From IMG/VR virus record IMGVR_UViG_3300043499_000172: a stretch of DNA of 64,000 bases, one strand, 5' to 3'. The translations under genes were made by a program, and so were the position numbers. The stretch's first letter is position 1, and each line of letters starts with the position of its first letter. This document shows positions 27,638 to 40,900 of the stretch, in pieces. The notes beneath the pieces are model-generated. The model searched no databases. It was not told where the DNA came from and was given only the letters and a program-made list of their open reading frames with translations. The stretch comes from an uncultured virus (IMG/VR IMGVR_UViG_3300043499_000172). Lineage: Duplodnaviria > Heunggongvirae > Uroviricota > Caudoviricetes.

Positions 27638-28926
27638 GCCTGGGGATCGCACTCGGATCATTCATGCAGGGCTTCAGCCAAGGCGCTCAGATCGGCCAGC
27701 AGCTGCACGAGGTCCGCAAGCAGCGGCGCCTGGAAAGCTCGGTCGAGGGCATCACCAGCGCCGGCAAGAAGCAGTTCGACGCCGACGTCGCCGCCGGCAA
27801 GGCCGAGCCGGGCGACTTCATGGCGCGCTACACCAACGAGCTGGTGCCGCAGATCGCCAACAAGTACCTCGAGGCCGGCGACCCCGACAAGGCGCAGGCG
27901 TGGACCGACTGGGCCGAGGCGTCGAGCACCAAGAAGGCCGCCAAGCTGTTCACCAGCGGCCTTGGCAAGTTCCACGCGGGCGACGTCGAGGGTGCGCTCA
28001 AGGACATGCAGAAGGCCGCCAACACCTCCGGCTACGGCCCCGACGGCAAGATGAGCATCGCCGAATACTACGACGAGGCGGCCGGCGCGGTGACAGGATA
28101 TCGCCTCGGCTACACCACGCCCGACGGCAAGGAGGTGACGCGCAACGTCGCCACCGCCGACCTGCCCAAGTTCTTCGCCTCGACCATCAACCCGCGGCAG
28201 GCCTTCGAGTACCAGATCCAGCAGGAGGCCGAGCAGGCCAAGGCCGATCGCGAGGTCGACACCTACGGCCGCAAGAAGCAGCTCGACAAGAAGCTCGGCA
28301 CCGGCACCGGGGCGCTCACCGACGCACAGTACCAGAACGCCATCCAGGAGGAGCGCAAGCGCATCGAGGACAGCGCGCTCACCGACCCTGATATCTCCGA
28401 GATGAGCGCCGACGAGAAGGAGGCATTGGCCAAGCAGACCGTCGACGAGCGCTTCGCCGGGCGTGGCCAGCCGGCGTCCACCGGGCCGAGCGTCGCCGTC
28501 GATCCGTCGACCGGCGAGATCGTCGAGCCGGCGGCGCAAACGCCGACCACCGACGCGGCGGTCGACGCAGCGCCCGCCGACGAGCAGCTCGGCATTTCAG
28601 CGCCGGTGGACAACGACAACTATGCCGCTGAAGGCGACATGCTGCCCGGCGAGGCGGCGCCTGCCGCTGTCGCGCCGAGCGGGCCGATGATGGGTTCGAA
28701 CGCGCCCGCCGATCCCGCAGCGGCCGCGACGCCGGCAGCCGGCAACAGCCAGGTCGATCCCGGCCAGCAGCAGCAGTACCTGATGCAGGCATCGCAGATG
28801 ATCAAGCAGGGCGGCAACGGCCAGCAGATCGGTCAGGCGCTGATCGCCGCCGGCATCCCGCCGGAGGCGTGGCCGCAGGACGTCAGGCTGGCGGTCACGG
28901 CGGCGCAGCCGGGGGTCTCCCAGTAG
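27634..28926 (+). CDS. Ejection/internal virion protein
   Basis: LGSFMQGFSQG N-terminus; position between pilot and giant protein. Confidence 0.7.
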   Translation: MSLGIALGSFMQGFSQGAQIGQQLHEVRKQRRLESSVEGITSAGKKQFDADVAAGKAEPGDFMARYTNELVPQIANKYLEAGDPDKAQAWTDWAEASSTKKAAKLFTSGLGKFHAGDVEGALKDMQKAANTSGYGPDGKMSIAEYYDEAAGAVTGYRLGYTTPDGKEVTRNVATADLPKFFASTINPRQAFEYQIQQEAEQAKADREVDTYGRKKQLDKKLGTGTGALTDAQYQNAIQEERKRIEDSALTDPDISEMSADEKEALAKQTVDERFAGRGQPASTGPSVAVDPSTGEIVEPAAQTPTTDAAVDAAPADEQLGISAPVDNDNYAAEGDMLPGEAAPAAVAPSGPMMGSNAPADPAAAATPAAGNSQVDPGQQQQYLMQASQMIKQGGNGQQIGQALIAAGIPPEAWPQDVRLAVTAAQPGVSQ

Positions 28927-28927
28927 C

Positions 28928-31900
28928 ATGGAACGGATCGTCGGCACGGGCTTTACATTCGATCCTCTGCCCGGAGCGGAGCGCAGACCTGCGCCGGCGG
29001 CTGCGGCCGTGGCCGCCAAGCCGGCGCAGCCGCCGGCTGCCCGTTCGGCCGTCGTCGACACGGTCATCGCCGAAGCCGCCGGCGAGGGCGCCAAGGGCAT
29101 GCAGGCGGTCGCCGGCGTCATCAAGAACCGCGCCGAGCGGCGCGGCCTCGACCCCGACGCCGTGGTCAAGCAGCCCAAGCAATTCACAGGCTATGAACAC
29201 CCCGGCTCCGGCGCCAAGGCGGCGCAGCGCGATCCGCGGATCCGTGCCGAGGCCGAGCAGATCGTCGACGGCGTCATGACCGGCGCGCTGCCCGACATCA
29301 CCGGCGGCGCCGATCACTACCACGCCGACAGCATTCGTCCCGGCTGGGCTGGCGGCCTCAAGAAGACCACCAAGATCGGCAGCCACGAGTTCTACGACAG
29401 CGGCGGCGGCGGCAAGCCGGCCGGTAAGCAGGCGCGCACCAGCGACGGCCGGCTGACCCCCAACTGGGGCAACGCCGCGCGGCTCGGCAATTCCTCGACC
29501 GCGCAGTGGAAGAAGGACAACCTCACCGTCATCGAGCCGGTCAAAGGCCAGCGCTGGGAGGTCTACAAGCCGGCCGCTGCAGCATTTGATGGCCTGATCA
29601 AGGACCTCGCCGCGCAGGGCTACAACGTCAAGTCGTCAGGCGGCTACAACTACCGGCCGATCCGCGGCTCCAAGAAGCTGTCGCAGCATGCGTTCGGCAC
29701 GGCCATCGACATCAACGCGGCCGACAACCCGCTCGGCGGCGGCAAGACCAACCTGCCCGCCAACATCCGCGAGCTGGCCGCCAAGCACGGCCTGGTGTGG
29801 GGCGGCGACTTCAAGGGCCGCAAGGACCCGATGCACTTCGAGTACGCCGGCACGGTCGGCGATCCCGGCGTCGACTACGGCACGACAGGCGCTGTCACCA
29901 AGGGCAGCGGCGGCATCACCCGCATCGTGGTCAACCAGAACACCAAGCTGGCGCCGACCAACGCGCCGCCACTACCCGGAATTCCCGAGTTCGACCCGGT
30001 CGCCTCTTTCCAGCAGGCACCCATGGTCGACCCGGTGGCAGCGCCTGGGGCGGCGCCCGTCGTCGGCCCCAACGCGGCGGTCGCCGACCCCTACGCGCAG
30101 CTCAACGCCTCCCGCGCTGCGCAGGGGCTGCCGCCGGTCACTGTCATGCCGGCCCGCCAGTACGAGCGCTGGAAGAAGAAGTTCGACGCCAACCAGCCGG
30201 GCATCCTGAGCGACGTCGGCAACCTCCTCGACATCGGCTGGCAGGGCATCGCCACGTCGATCGATTCGCTGATCAACATCGTGCCGGGCGGCGAGTACGT
30301 CACCGCCGGCACGCGCAAGATCGACGAGTGGCTGACCGGCAAGCCGACGCCCGAGCTGGTCGCCGCCAACATCAAGGAAGACGAGGGCCAGCTGTCGGCG
30401 GCAACGCAGGCGGCGCGCAAGAAGAACTGGTACGACGACAAGACCGACACGATGGGCGACGCCTGGACCGATCCGCGCGCCTACATGTCGACCATCGTCG
30501 AATCGATCCCCGCGACGGTGCTGACCATGGGTCCGACCGGGATGATCTGGAAGGGCGCCTACGCCGCGGCGGTCGCCCGCGGCATGACCGTGGAGGCGGC
30601 GTCGGCACTGGCTGCCAAGACGGCGCTCAAGGCAGGCGGCATCAGCGAGGGCCTGCTGTCGGCCGGCTCGACCGCCGACCAGGTCAAGCAGGAGTTGGCG
30701 GCGCTGCCGCAGAGCGTCTGGGACGCCAGCGAGTCCTACCAGGCGATGATCAAGCAAGGCGTGTCGCCGGAGGAAGCCAAGGCATCGATCATCGACAGCC
30801 AGTCGGCGAAGGCCGGCATCATGGCCGGTGTCGCCACCGGCCTGGTCGGCGGTCGCGGCGACATGGTGCTCGCCAACATCTTCACCAAGGGCATCAAGGG
30901 CGGCCTCGCCAGACGCATGGTCAAAGGCGCCGCCAAGGAAGGTGCCGCCGAGACGCTCGAGGAGACCATCCAGAGCGGCGGCGAGCAGGTTGCGACCAAC
31001 GTCGGCGTGCAGGGTGTCGACCCGAACCGCAAACTGAGCGAAGGCGTCGCCAATGCAGTGCTCGGCGGCGCCGTGGCCGGCGGCGCGATGGGCGTCGGCA
31101 TGGGCGGCCCGGCAGGCGCGTTCAGCCGCGACGAGACAGACGCACCGCCGCCGGCTGCCGACGACGGCAGTGGCGCACCGCCGGCGGGTGGGCTACCACC
31201 TCCGGCCGGCGGATCGCCGGCCGGTGGTCCGGGCGGCGGGCCGCCGACCCCTGAAGGCGCCGGGCTGTCTGCCGGCGCCAATCTCCCAGGTCGCGTGAAG
31301 GGGCCGTTGGAGCGGTCGCTGGATCACGGCGAGAGCGAAGCGCAGCGGCAGGTCGCGCAGCAGGCGGTTTCGCAGGGGGCGCCGCCGCCCGGCGCCAAGG
31401 TGACCGTGCAGATCCCCGGCGTTGAGGGACCCGACGGCATCGTCGCCGGCGTCGTCCACAGCTACGACGCCAGCGGCAACCCGAACATACAGTTCCTGGA
31501 CGACGGCCAGATCGCGACCGTGCCGCTGGCCCAGGTGATGCCGGAGATCGGGCAGGGCGGCGACATCACGCTCGGCCCCGGAGAGTATTCGCAGAACCCG
31601 CCTGCCGACGTGACCGCGACGGCTGGCCAGGGCGAGGCCGCGCCGGTGCCGACAGACGCTGGCGCGGCCGAGCAGCTGACGCCGCAGCAGCAGGAGATGG
31701 TCGACCTGCTGAACTACGGTAAGATCAACCGCGACGACTTCGACGCGATGAGCGACGAGGACGCCAGCAAATTGCTGCAGTCGCTCGCCCAGCAGCGGGC
31801 GGCGGAGCAAGCAGCTCAAGCCGGTGGAGCGCCCCTCGCAGAGCAGCCGGCTGGGGCAAAGCCGGGCGCCGCCACAGCGGCCCCGGCGGCGCCCGCCATC

Positions 31901-34900
31901 ACGCCCGAGAAGGCGGCGCGCAAGGCAGCGCTGGTGCGCGACGTGCCGTCGCGGTCCGGCCAGCTGAAGTCGACCAAGTTCCCCGACGTCTTCCACGGCA
32001 CGATCTACGATCTCGGCGAGGCGCGGGCGGCGGTGGCGCCCAAGCAGCGTGCCGAGGTCAACCGCGACGCGCAACAGCAGATCGCCGACAAGCTGAAGAT
32101 CTCCTACGACAGCGCCGGCGCCATCGTCGACGACTACTTCGTGCGCTCGCGCGAGGCGGCCGACCTCGGCAAGATCATGCACCGGGTGCGGCCGATCGTG
32201 CTGATGCGCATGCAGGCCGAGCACGCCAAGGCGCAGGCCAAGGCCAAGGAAGCCCCGCAGCAGGCCAAGGCGCCCGCCGAGGCTCCGGCGGCCGCCCCGG
32301 CCACGAAACCCGCTGCAGGGGCCGCTGTGGCCCCGCTAAGCGCCAAGGAGGTGCGCGAGAGGGCCGACAAGCAGGGCATCAGCTTCGAGCAGCTGCGCAA
32401 GCAGGTCGGCGCCACCGAGCTGTTCTACGGCCAGTGGACCGACGAAGAGAAGGCGATGGCGGCGGTCATCCTGTCGGGCAAGCCGCAGGCCGAGGGCGCC
32501 CCGGTGATCTCCGGCAAGGTCGACCCCAAGTTCCCGTTCTTCCAACGTGCCGACCGCATCATCACGATGATGGACATCGGCGGCGTCATGGTGCCGTTCT
32601 ACATCTCGACCGGGCAGGGCGGCAAAAAGGACGTCAAGGCCGGCAAGTGGTATCCGTTCTTTGGCTACGGCAAGGATGACGGCTGGTTCAACAAGGGCAA
32701 CCAGGCCCAGATCAACGACTACTATGGCAACCCGCTGCTGCGCGAGGCGGCCGAGCAGCTCGACAAGCAGTGGGGCGACATCCAGAAACGCCGCAACGAG
32801 GCGCCACCCGCCTCCGACCTGTCCAAGTTCGGCGACAAGATGGCCAAGGCCTTCCCCGGCCAGCTGGTGATCGACACCGGGCCGCTGTTCGCGCACCTGC
32901 CCAACGCCGACAATGACGGCCACGCGGCGCAGAAGATCGGCGAGTTCATCTCGAAGCTGCCGCGTGCTAAGACGGCACCGTCTCCTGCGACCGCAAGCCC
33001 CCCGCTCGCCGCAGGAGAGGCCGCCGCTGCCAATCCCAAAGCCCCCGTTACCCCGGCGGCGGCGGCCGCCGCTCCGACGCCGGACAACACCGAGGACGAG
33101 GAGTACTCCAAGCTCACGCCCGAGCAGCAGAAGCTGGACGACATCAGCTGGGGTGCCTACCGGATCGCCGAGGCCAACGACGCGATCCGCCGCTACGAGA
33201 GCGGCGAGATGGAAGGGCCATCGGGCTACGGCAAGGGCAAGAAGGCGCGGGATCGCGGCATCGAGGACGCCCGGCACGAGATAGCCTTCCAGGAAAAGAA
33301 GATCAAAGCCGCGCTGGCTACCCTGCCACAGGAGCGCCACGCGGAGATCCTCGCCAAGGCGCACGCGCAGGCCGCCGCCACCCGCGCCCTCGACGCGAAG
33401 ATAATCGCCGATCGGAAGGCCAAGGCCACTCCCGACACCGAGGCCGAGAAGCGCAGGAAGATCGACGAGGGTTTCGCCCAGAACCGCGCCGCGCTCGGCA
33501 ACTTCAAGAAGGGCGACACCGTCGAGTTCACGCACAAGGACTTCTACCGTGAGCCGGTCGACGGCAGTCGCGACCGCGTCTTCGTCGGCACCGTGGTCAA
33601 GGTGTCCGACAAGGAGCAGGGCGTCTTCGAGGTCAAGGGCGAGACAGGCGACCAGTGGTTCGTGCAAGCGCGCCATCTGCGCCCGCACGCGGCGCCGGCA
33701 TCCGCAAAAGAGAAAACGCCCGCAGGGCAAAGTACCTCCGAGGAGGCCAAGCCGGAGCCGAAGGCCAAGAAGCCGACCAAGGCCGAGCGCCACTGGGCCG
33801 AGTTCCTGGCCCGCGTCACCGCCTATTACGCGCCGGGTAACATCGTGAAGAGCTACGGCGGCACCCACGACCGGGTGCTGGCCTTCGACGTCGACGCCGA
33901 CGGCCGCTGGGTGGTCACCGTCAAGCACGCCGTCAAGGTCAACGGCGAGTGGGTCGACGACCCCAAGGACGACCGCATCCGCAAGCACGGCGGCACGCCG
34001 AGCGAGAAAGACCTGGCCGCCGGCCCGGTGGCGACCGCCGCGCCGTTCGACGCCGCCGACACCGCGCTGGCCAAGGCCATGAAGCCGAAGGAGGCGGAAG
34101 CAGCGCCCGCCAAGCAGGGCCGCACCATCCCGCGCGACACCACGCTCGACACGTCGAACAAGCTGTACAAGGACCTCGGCATCGACAGCCTGCAGCTGGG
34201 CGAGCAGCCCGGCGACGCGGCGCGTGCAGAGGTGGAGCGCCGCGGCAAGGAGAGCGGCGGCATCGAATCGCTGATCGCCATCGACCAGCACGGCGACGTC
34301 ATCGCCAACGGCATCGGCACCGACAAGAACGTCGTGTTCCCCGACCAACTCTCGAAGATCATACGCGACCCCAACGAGCAGGTGGTCGCGCATCACAACC
34401 ACCCCAACGATCGCGGCTTCAGCCTCGCCGACATCGCTATCGGGCGGTACAAAGGCATGGTCGCCCTCTACGCCCACGCCACCGACGGCGTCAGCTACCG
34501 GCTGTCGTGGCGGCCCGCCGCCAAGGAGAAGTTCGGCGGCCATATGCGCATAGACCTGACCGAGGTCATCGAGGGCAGCTTCAGGCGCGTTTCCACGGCG
34601 ATCGGCGACCATCGCACGGCGGCGGGCAGGTTGGTCGCCGACGTCAACCGCGAGAACAGCCACCTTCGCATGATGGCGCTGCGCGACGCCGGCTGGCTCG
34701 ACTACCATGCGACCGGCAGGCCGGATTCGCCTCTGCTGCTGAACTCCGATATAAAGGCCGCCTATGACACAGCCGTCACCAGCCTCAAGCGCAAGCTACC
34801 AGGACGACATGCCGATGGGCCTGCTGGACGAGCCGGAGCCATTCGACACCCCGGCGACATTTCGCAGCTTCATACAGTTCCTGAACCAGCAGCCGCCAAG

Positions 34901-37900
34901 CCGGCAGCGCAACGTGGCGCTGAAGCGAGCGCAGCTAAACCTGCGGCAAAATCTGGGCGGCCATCCAAAGTAGATCCCAACCAGGACACGCTGCTCGCCG
35001 ACGAGGACCGGCTGCCCGGCACGGTGCCGCAGCCCGGCCCGACGCGCGCCCAGCGCGGCGCCCGCATCGCGTGGGTCGACGCCATGTCGCGGCCGCTGCC
35101 GGTGACGCCGACCGGCAATCGCGGCCGTCGTGCCACCGTCGCCGACGTCGCACGCGCCTTCACCGCTCGCCACGCAGACCGTGTCGGGCCGCAGCTGCAC
35201 CCTGAGAGCGACACCGCCGACTACCGCCGCATCATGACGATGGCGCGCGAGGAGATGGCGCACCAGCTGCCGCAGTCGAACTCCGGTGTCGGCTGGTACA
35301 GCTCCGACGTCCAGCTCGCCATCGAGCTGACCTCCAATGTCTTCCCGACGCTGCTCACCAACCAGGGTCACCGCGATCTCTACTTGACCTTCGCCGGCAT
35401 CTTCTCCAGCGGCACCGACCCCGACCAGGCGTGGATGATGGCGGCAGGCGCCTTCGAGGCGTACCTGCACACCGGCGAGATCCCGATCAACCGCGCCGAT
35501 GCCGCGCGCGCGCTCGGTCGGCCGGTGCAGATGTCGACCTTCAAGGACAACAAGACCAAGCAGATGGTCACCCGGCCGGCTGGCTGGGGCATCCGCAACG
35601 GCACCAACGTGCAGCAGCTCGGCCTGCTCAAGTACCTCGTCGAACGCGAGGGCGGCCTCGACCAGGCGATGGACTGGCTGATCAACGAGAACACGGCGCG
35701 CACCGACGTCAACAAGGCGATGATCGACAGCGGGTTGTTCAAGGGCGGCCGCTACAAGAACGCCGCCCAGCGCGCCGGGCCGCCGACCTACGGCTTCCTG
35801 GTCTTTGGCCCCAAGCTCGGCCGTTACTGCCTCGGCCTGCACGGCGTGCCGATCACCCACGAGGACACCACCGTCGACCTTTGGTTCACGCGCACCTTCC
35901 GGCGTTGGACCGGCCGCCTCTTCGAGGCGCCGCTCGGCAAGGAAGGCATTGCCGCGCAGCCCGCCAACGATGCCGAGCGCGCCACCATCATGAATGTCGT
36001 CCGCGATCTCGGTCGCGAGCTGAATATGGTTCCAGGCGACATACAGGCCGTGCTATGGTTCTTCGAGAAACGATTGTGGGGTGCACATGGTCTCCCGACC
36101 GAAGAAGGTACGAACAGCACCGGCGCGCGCCGCCTCCTCGCCGGAAGAGGCGTGGATGACGGAGTCACGGGCAGCCGGACGAGCGATCAACGTGCTGCGG
36201 AAGCAAGCCAGACAGCGGCAGGAAGAGCACAAGGCCGCCTCCGCGCCCTCGTCGACGAAGAACTCGACGGACTAGAGGCCGACCTCGAAGACCTACACCC
36301 GCCGACCACGCCGCAGTTCAAGCGGTGGTTCGGCAAGAGCGCCGTCGTTGACGGGCAGGGCAAGCCCGAGGCGGTCTTCCACCACGGCGGCTTCGACGAG
36401 ACCACCGACATACCCAAAGAGGGGATGCATTTCGGCACGCGCGCGTCGGCCGAGGACCGCGCCTTCCTGAAGGTCGACGAAGACGCCATGCGCGCCGTCG
36501 AGACCTACCAGAACGACGACGGCGAGTGGCACTGGGACGACGGCCAGGGCATGACCTCGGAGGACATGGGCGAAGGCCCGTTCGCCGACGCCGAGGAGGC
36601 GCTGGCCGACGGCCAGAACGTCGTCACGCAGAACTCCTACGAGGGCGACCTGGAGGATCTCGGCAACCTCACCGCAGCCTGGCTGTCGATCCAGAACCCG
36701 ATGACGTCGGACGACGTCGGCATCGGCCCCGACGGGCCGGAGCGCTGGGCGAAGCAGATCGCCAAGGCCAAGGCGCTCGGTCACGACGGCATCGTCTACC
36801 GTAACCAGCGCGAGGACCGCGGCTCGCGCTCGTGGATCGCGTTCGGCCCCAAGCAGATCAAGTCGGTCAACAACAAGGGCAGCTTCGACCCCGAGAAGGA
36901 GCACATCCTCGAAGCCGACACCGAGAACCTGCGGCCGAGCGGCTACCAGACCGACAACCCCGGCGGCGAGTGGCTGAAGGGCAAGCAGCGCGTCGCCGAG
37001 AAGGACATCGCCGACGGCTCGCACCACGGCCTGTACGGCTCGCAGACGGCGTCGGCAGGCATGAACGAGAAAGGCCCGCCGCTCTACCTGCCGGTCAGCG
37101 AGCTGGCCAAGCTGCCGGGCCGCAACCGCGAGCAGCCGGCGCCGGGGCAGGTCAAGTACGACGACCTCAAGAAGAGCGTCGACGCCAAGGGCTACACCGA
37201 CGAGAACCCGGTCTACGTGATGGTCAACCATCGCGGCCAGCCGTTCCTCAACGAGGGCAACAACCGCGTCGCCGTCGCCGCGGCGACCGGCGTGAAGAGG
37301 GTCAAGGCGTGGGTCGCCTGGCGCAACGGCGGCGAGGACACCAAGGGACCGTGGGACCCTGCCTCCGTCGCTCGCATGGAGCAGTCCATCGCAGACCCCG
37401 ACATGCTGCGCTCCGACGACGAGGAATACTTCCCGCCCGCCTACAAGGCCACGCCGCAGATGAAGCGCTGGCTGAAGGGCACCAAGGTCGTCGACGCCAA
37501 GGGCGAGCCGCTGCCGGTGTTCCGCGGCGAGCACGGCACGCCCGGCCCGGAGACCTTCCAGAGCCGGCTGTCGAGCCTGTCGTTCGGATCGGTCAACGCC
37601 GCCAACGTCTACGCCAAGATCCCCAACGACCACCGCGACCGCACCCAGACGCGCTGGTCGCGCATCACGCCGGTGTTCCTGCGCATCAAGAACCCGGTCA
37701 TCGAGAACCGCGACGACCCCTATGTCGACTTCAGCGAGATCATCGCCAAGCTCGGTCGCCCGCTGGCCGAGCGGATGGCGCGCGAGCACGCCGGCGCGAT
37801 CGAGAACACCAACAACTGGGAGGAGAACTTCTCTTTCCTGGGTGGCGGCACGGTCGGCGGCATGCTCAACATCTACCCCGACAAACTCGGCGACCTCTAC

Positions 37901-40900
37901 ATGGACGCCTACGCGCTGCTCGACGACCCCGAATTCGTCGCCGCCGCCAAGGCTGCCGGCTACGACGGCGCCATCCACATGGGCAACGGCGCGACCTTCG
38001 ACGACCTGGAGTACCGCATCTTCGACGCCGCGCAGGCCAAGTCGACGCACAACCAGGCGCCGACCGACGACGAGGACATCCTCGGCGCCGACACCGAGAC
38101 GCTGCGCGAGACCCTCGAAGACATCCGCGGCGCCGTCGTCAACATGGTCTCGACGATCTCCAAGCCGAAAGGCTGGGACCTCAAGAAGCGGATCGCCAGC
38201 CTGTGGTCGGGTGCCACCCCGGCGATGCTCGGCGCCGTCTACCTGAACTACCTGCCGGACCTCGCTCCGCCGTCGATCAAGCGCTTCATCACCAAGTACC
38301 TCGAGATGAAGCGCGCCATGGACACCATGCGCAACGTCATCCACAACGAGGCCGACGTGAACGTGCAGGCGTGGCGCAAGTTCGCGCGCTCCGGGCAGGC
38401 CCACGTCAAGGCGCTGGCGCTGCTGATGCACGACGCCACCAAGGTCGGCGTCGACCCGGATGACCTCAACGACATGCAGGAGCCGGACTACGCCGCCCTG
38501 AAGGCGCGCTTCGACGCGCTGCCGCAATCCGGCCGCGACCTCTACCGGGCGATCCGCGACGACTACAAGCGGCGCGGCGAGGAACTCGACCAGCTGCTGC
38601 TCGACAACGTCGCCAAGGCCGAGGAGATCTCGCGCCGCACCGCCGAGCGCAAGCGCCAGAAGAAGGAGGACGCCATCAACGCCGACACGCGGCTGAGCGA
38701 CGCCGAAAAGCTGGCCCAGATCGCCGCCCTCAACGCCTCGCACGCCGCCGCCGACGCGCGCAGCTCCTACTCGCTGGCCTACCGCCTCAACCGCCTGCGC
38801 ACGATCTTCGAGTCCAACAAGGTCAAGGCGCCGTACTTCCCGCTCGGCCGGTTCGGCGACCACTACGTCGCCATCCGCGACGAGAACGGCAAGCTGGTCT
38901 ACTTCGCCATGGCCGAGAGCAAGTACGAGGCCGAGAAGGAGAAGCGGCGGGCCATGCAGCACATGCAGCCCACCGACACCATCAAGACCGGCCTGATGCA
39001 GTCCAAGGCCGGCGGCGGCGGCCGCGACGAGGTCATCAAGCCGTCCTTCATCGCCGACATCGAGACGATGCTGGCCGGCATGCCCGACGCCGACAGCCCG
39101 GCCAACCGCATCGTCCGCGATTCGATCATGGACCAGATCTGGCAGCGCCACCTGCAGTCGCAGCCGGAGGTGTCGAACCGCCGCCACAAGATCCACCGCA
39201 AGCGCATCGAGGGCCACAGCGACGACGCCATGCGCGTCTACGCCAGCCACATGTTCCACGCCGCCCACCAGATGGCCAAGCTGAAGTACGGCGCCGAGCT
39301 GCAGGACCTGGTCGACCAGATGTCCGACACGGCGACCGAGGCGCCGGAGGCCGAGCAGCACTTCGCCACGCAGATGGCGACCGAGATGAAGGCGCGGCAC
39401 AACTGGGTGATGAACCCGGTCGGCAAGGCGTGGTCGCAGTGGGCCTCGTCGCTGGCGTTCGGCTACTATCTCGGCACCTCGCCGGCGGCGGCGGTGGTCA
39501 ACCTTGCGCAGACGCCGATGGTCGGCATCCCGGTGCTGGCCGGCAAGTTCGGCGGTATGGGCAAGGCGGCCAGCCAGATCGCTCGAGCCTCGCGTAACGC
39601 CGTCTCCAACCGCGGCATGTCGGCGACCGAGGAGCGCGCCATGCGCGACCTGGTCGACGTCGGCGCCATCGACAACACCAACAGCTACGACATCCAGGGC
39701 GTCTCCGAGCAGGGCGCCACCTACAGCCCGGTCCGCCGCCGCGTCATGGGCTGGATGACCGGCATGTTCCACAAGGCCGAGGTGATCAACCGGCGCGTCA
39801 CCGGGCTGGCCGCCTACCGCATGGCGATCGAGGCCGGCGAGGACCACGAGCACGCCGTTCGAACGGCGTCCGACATGATCTGGAAGATCCACTTCGACTT
39901 CGCCAACTCGTCGCGGCCGCGCCACCTGACCGGCCCCGGCATGAAGGTGCTGTTCTCGATGCGCTCCTACCAGATCAACATGGTCTACCGGCTCGGCTAC
40001 GACCTGTTCAAGTCGATGAAGGGGGCGACGCCGCAGGAAAAGCGCGAGGCGCGCTACCAGCTCGCCGGCATCATCGGCATGCAGGCGCTGTTCGCCGGCG
40101 CCACCGGCGTCGCCGGCTACAACACGGCGTTCTTCATCTACGGCCTCGCCTCGACCATCCTCAGTGCGATCTTTGGCGGCGCCGACGACGGCGACGACCC
40201 CTTCACCGCGCAGGAGGACTTCGAGGCGGCGATCAAGGAGATGTTTGGACCGTATCTGAGTGCGGTGCTGCTGCACGGCCCGGTCGGCGCTGGCACCGGC
40301 CTCGACCTGACCAGCCGCATCGGCATGCCCGACATCTGGTTCCGCTCGCCGAACAAGGACATCGACAGCGGCGAGGCGTTGTACGGCGAGCTGCTGGCGC
40401 AGACCGCCGGCGCCCCGTTCGGCATCATCCAGCAGGTGCTGAAGGCTTACGACAACTTCTCGCAGGGCTACACCGAGCGCGGCGCCGAGGCGCTGTCGCC
40501 CAAGTTCTTCAGGGACATCCTGAAGAGCTATCGCTACATGACCGAGGGCGTCACCACCAAGGAAGGCGAGCCGATCATCCCCTACGACGACACCGGCTGG
40601 TGGTCGGTGATCGCCACGGCGACCGGCTTTACACCGGCCCATATCGCCGAGAAGTGGGACGAGGTGTCGAAGCTGAAGGGCGCCGAGAAGCGGCTCAAGG
40701 TCAACCGCCAGGCTTACATCAACGGCTACGCGCTGGCCGTGAAGCTCGGCGACGACGCCGGCCGCGACGCGGCGATCGAGAAGATCCGCGCCTGGAACGC
40801 ATCGCCCTACGGCCGCACCATGCCGATCAAGTCGTCGTCGATCGCCTCGTCGCTCAAGCACCGCGCGGTCGCCGCCGGCAAGCGCGAGCGCGGCGACGGC

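Noticed and set aside
33706..33730. Minus-strand terminator-like GCCC-TGC-GGGC followed by a T tract inside the giant gene
   Set aside because: Stem is only about 4 bp and there is no credible minus-strand gene to terminate
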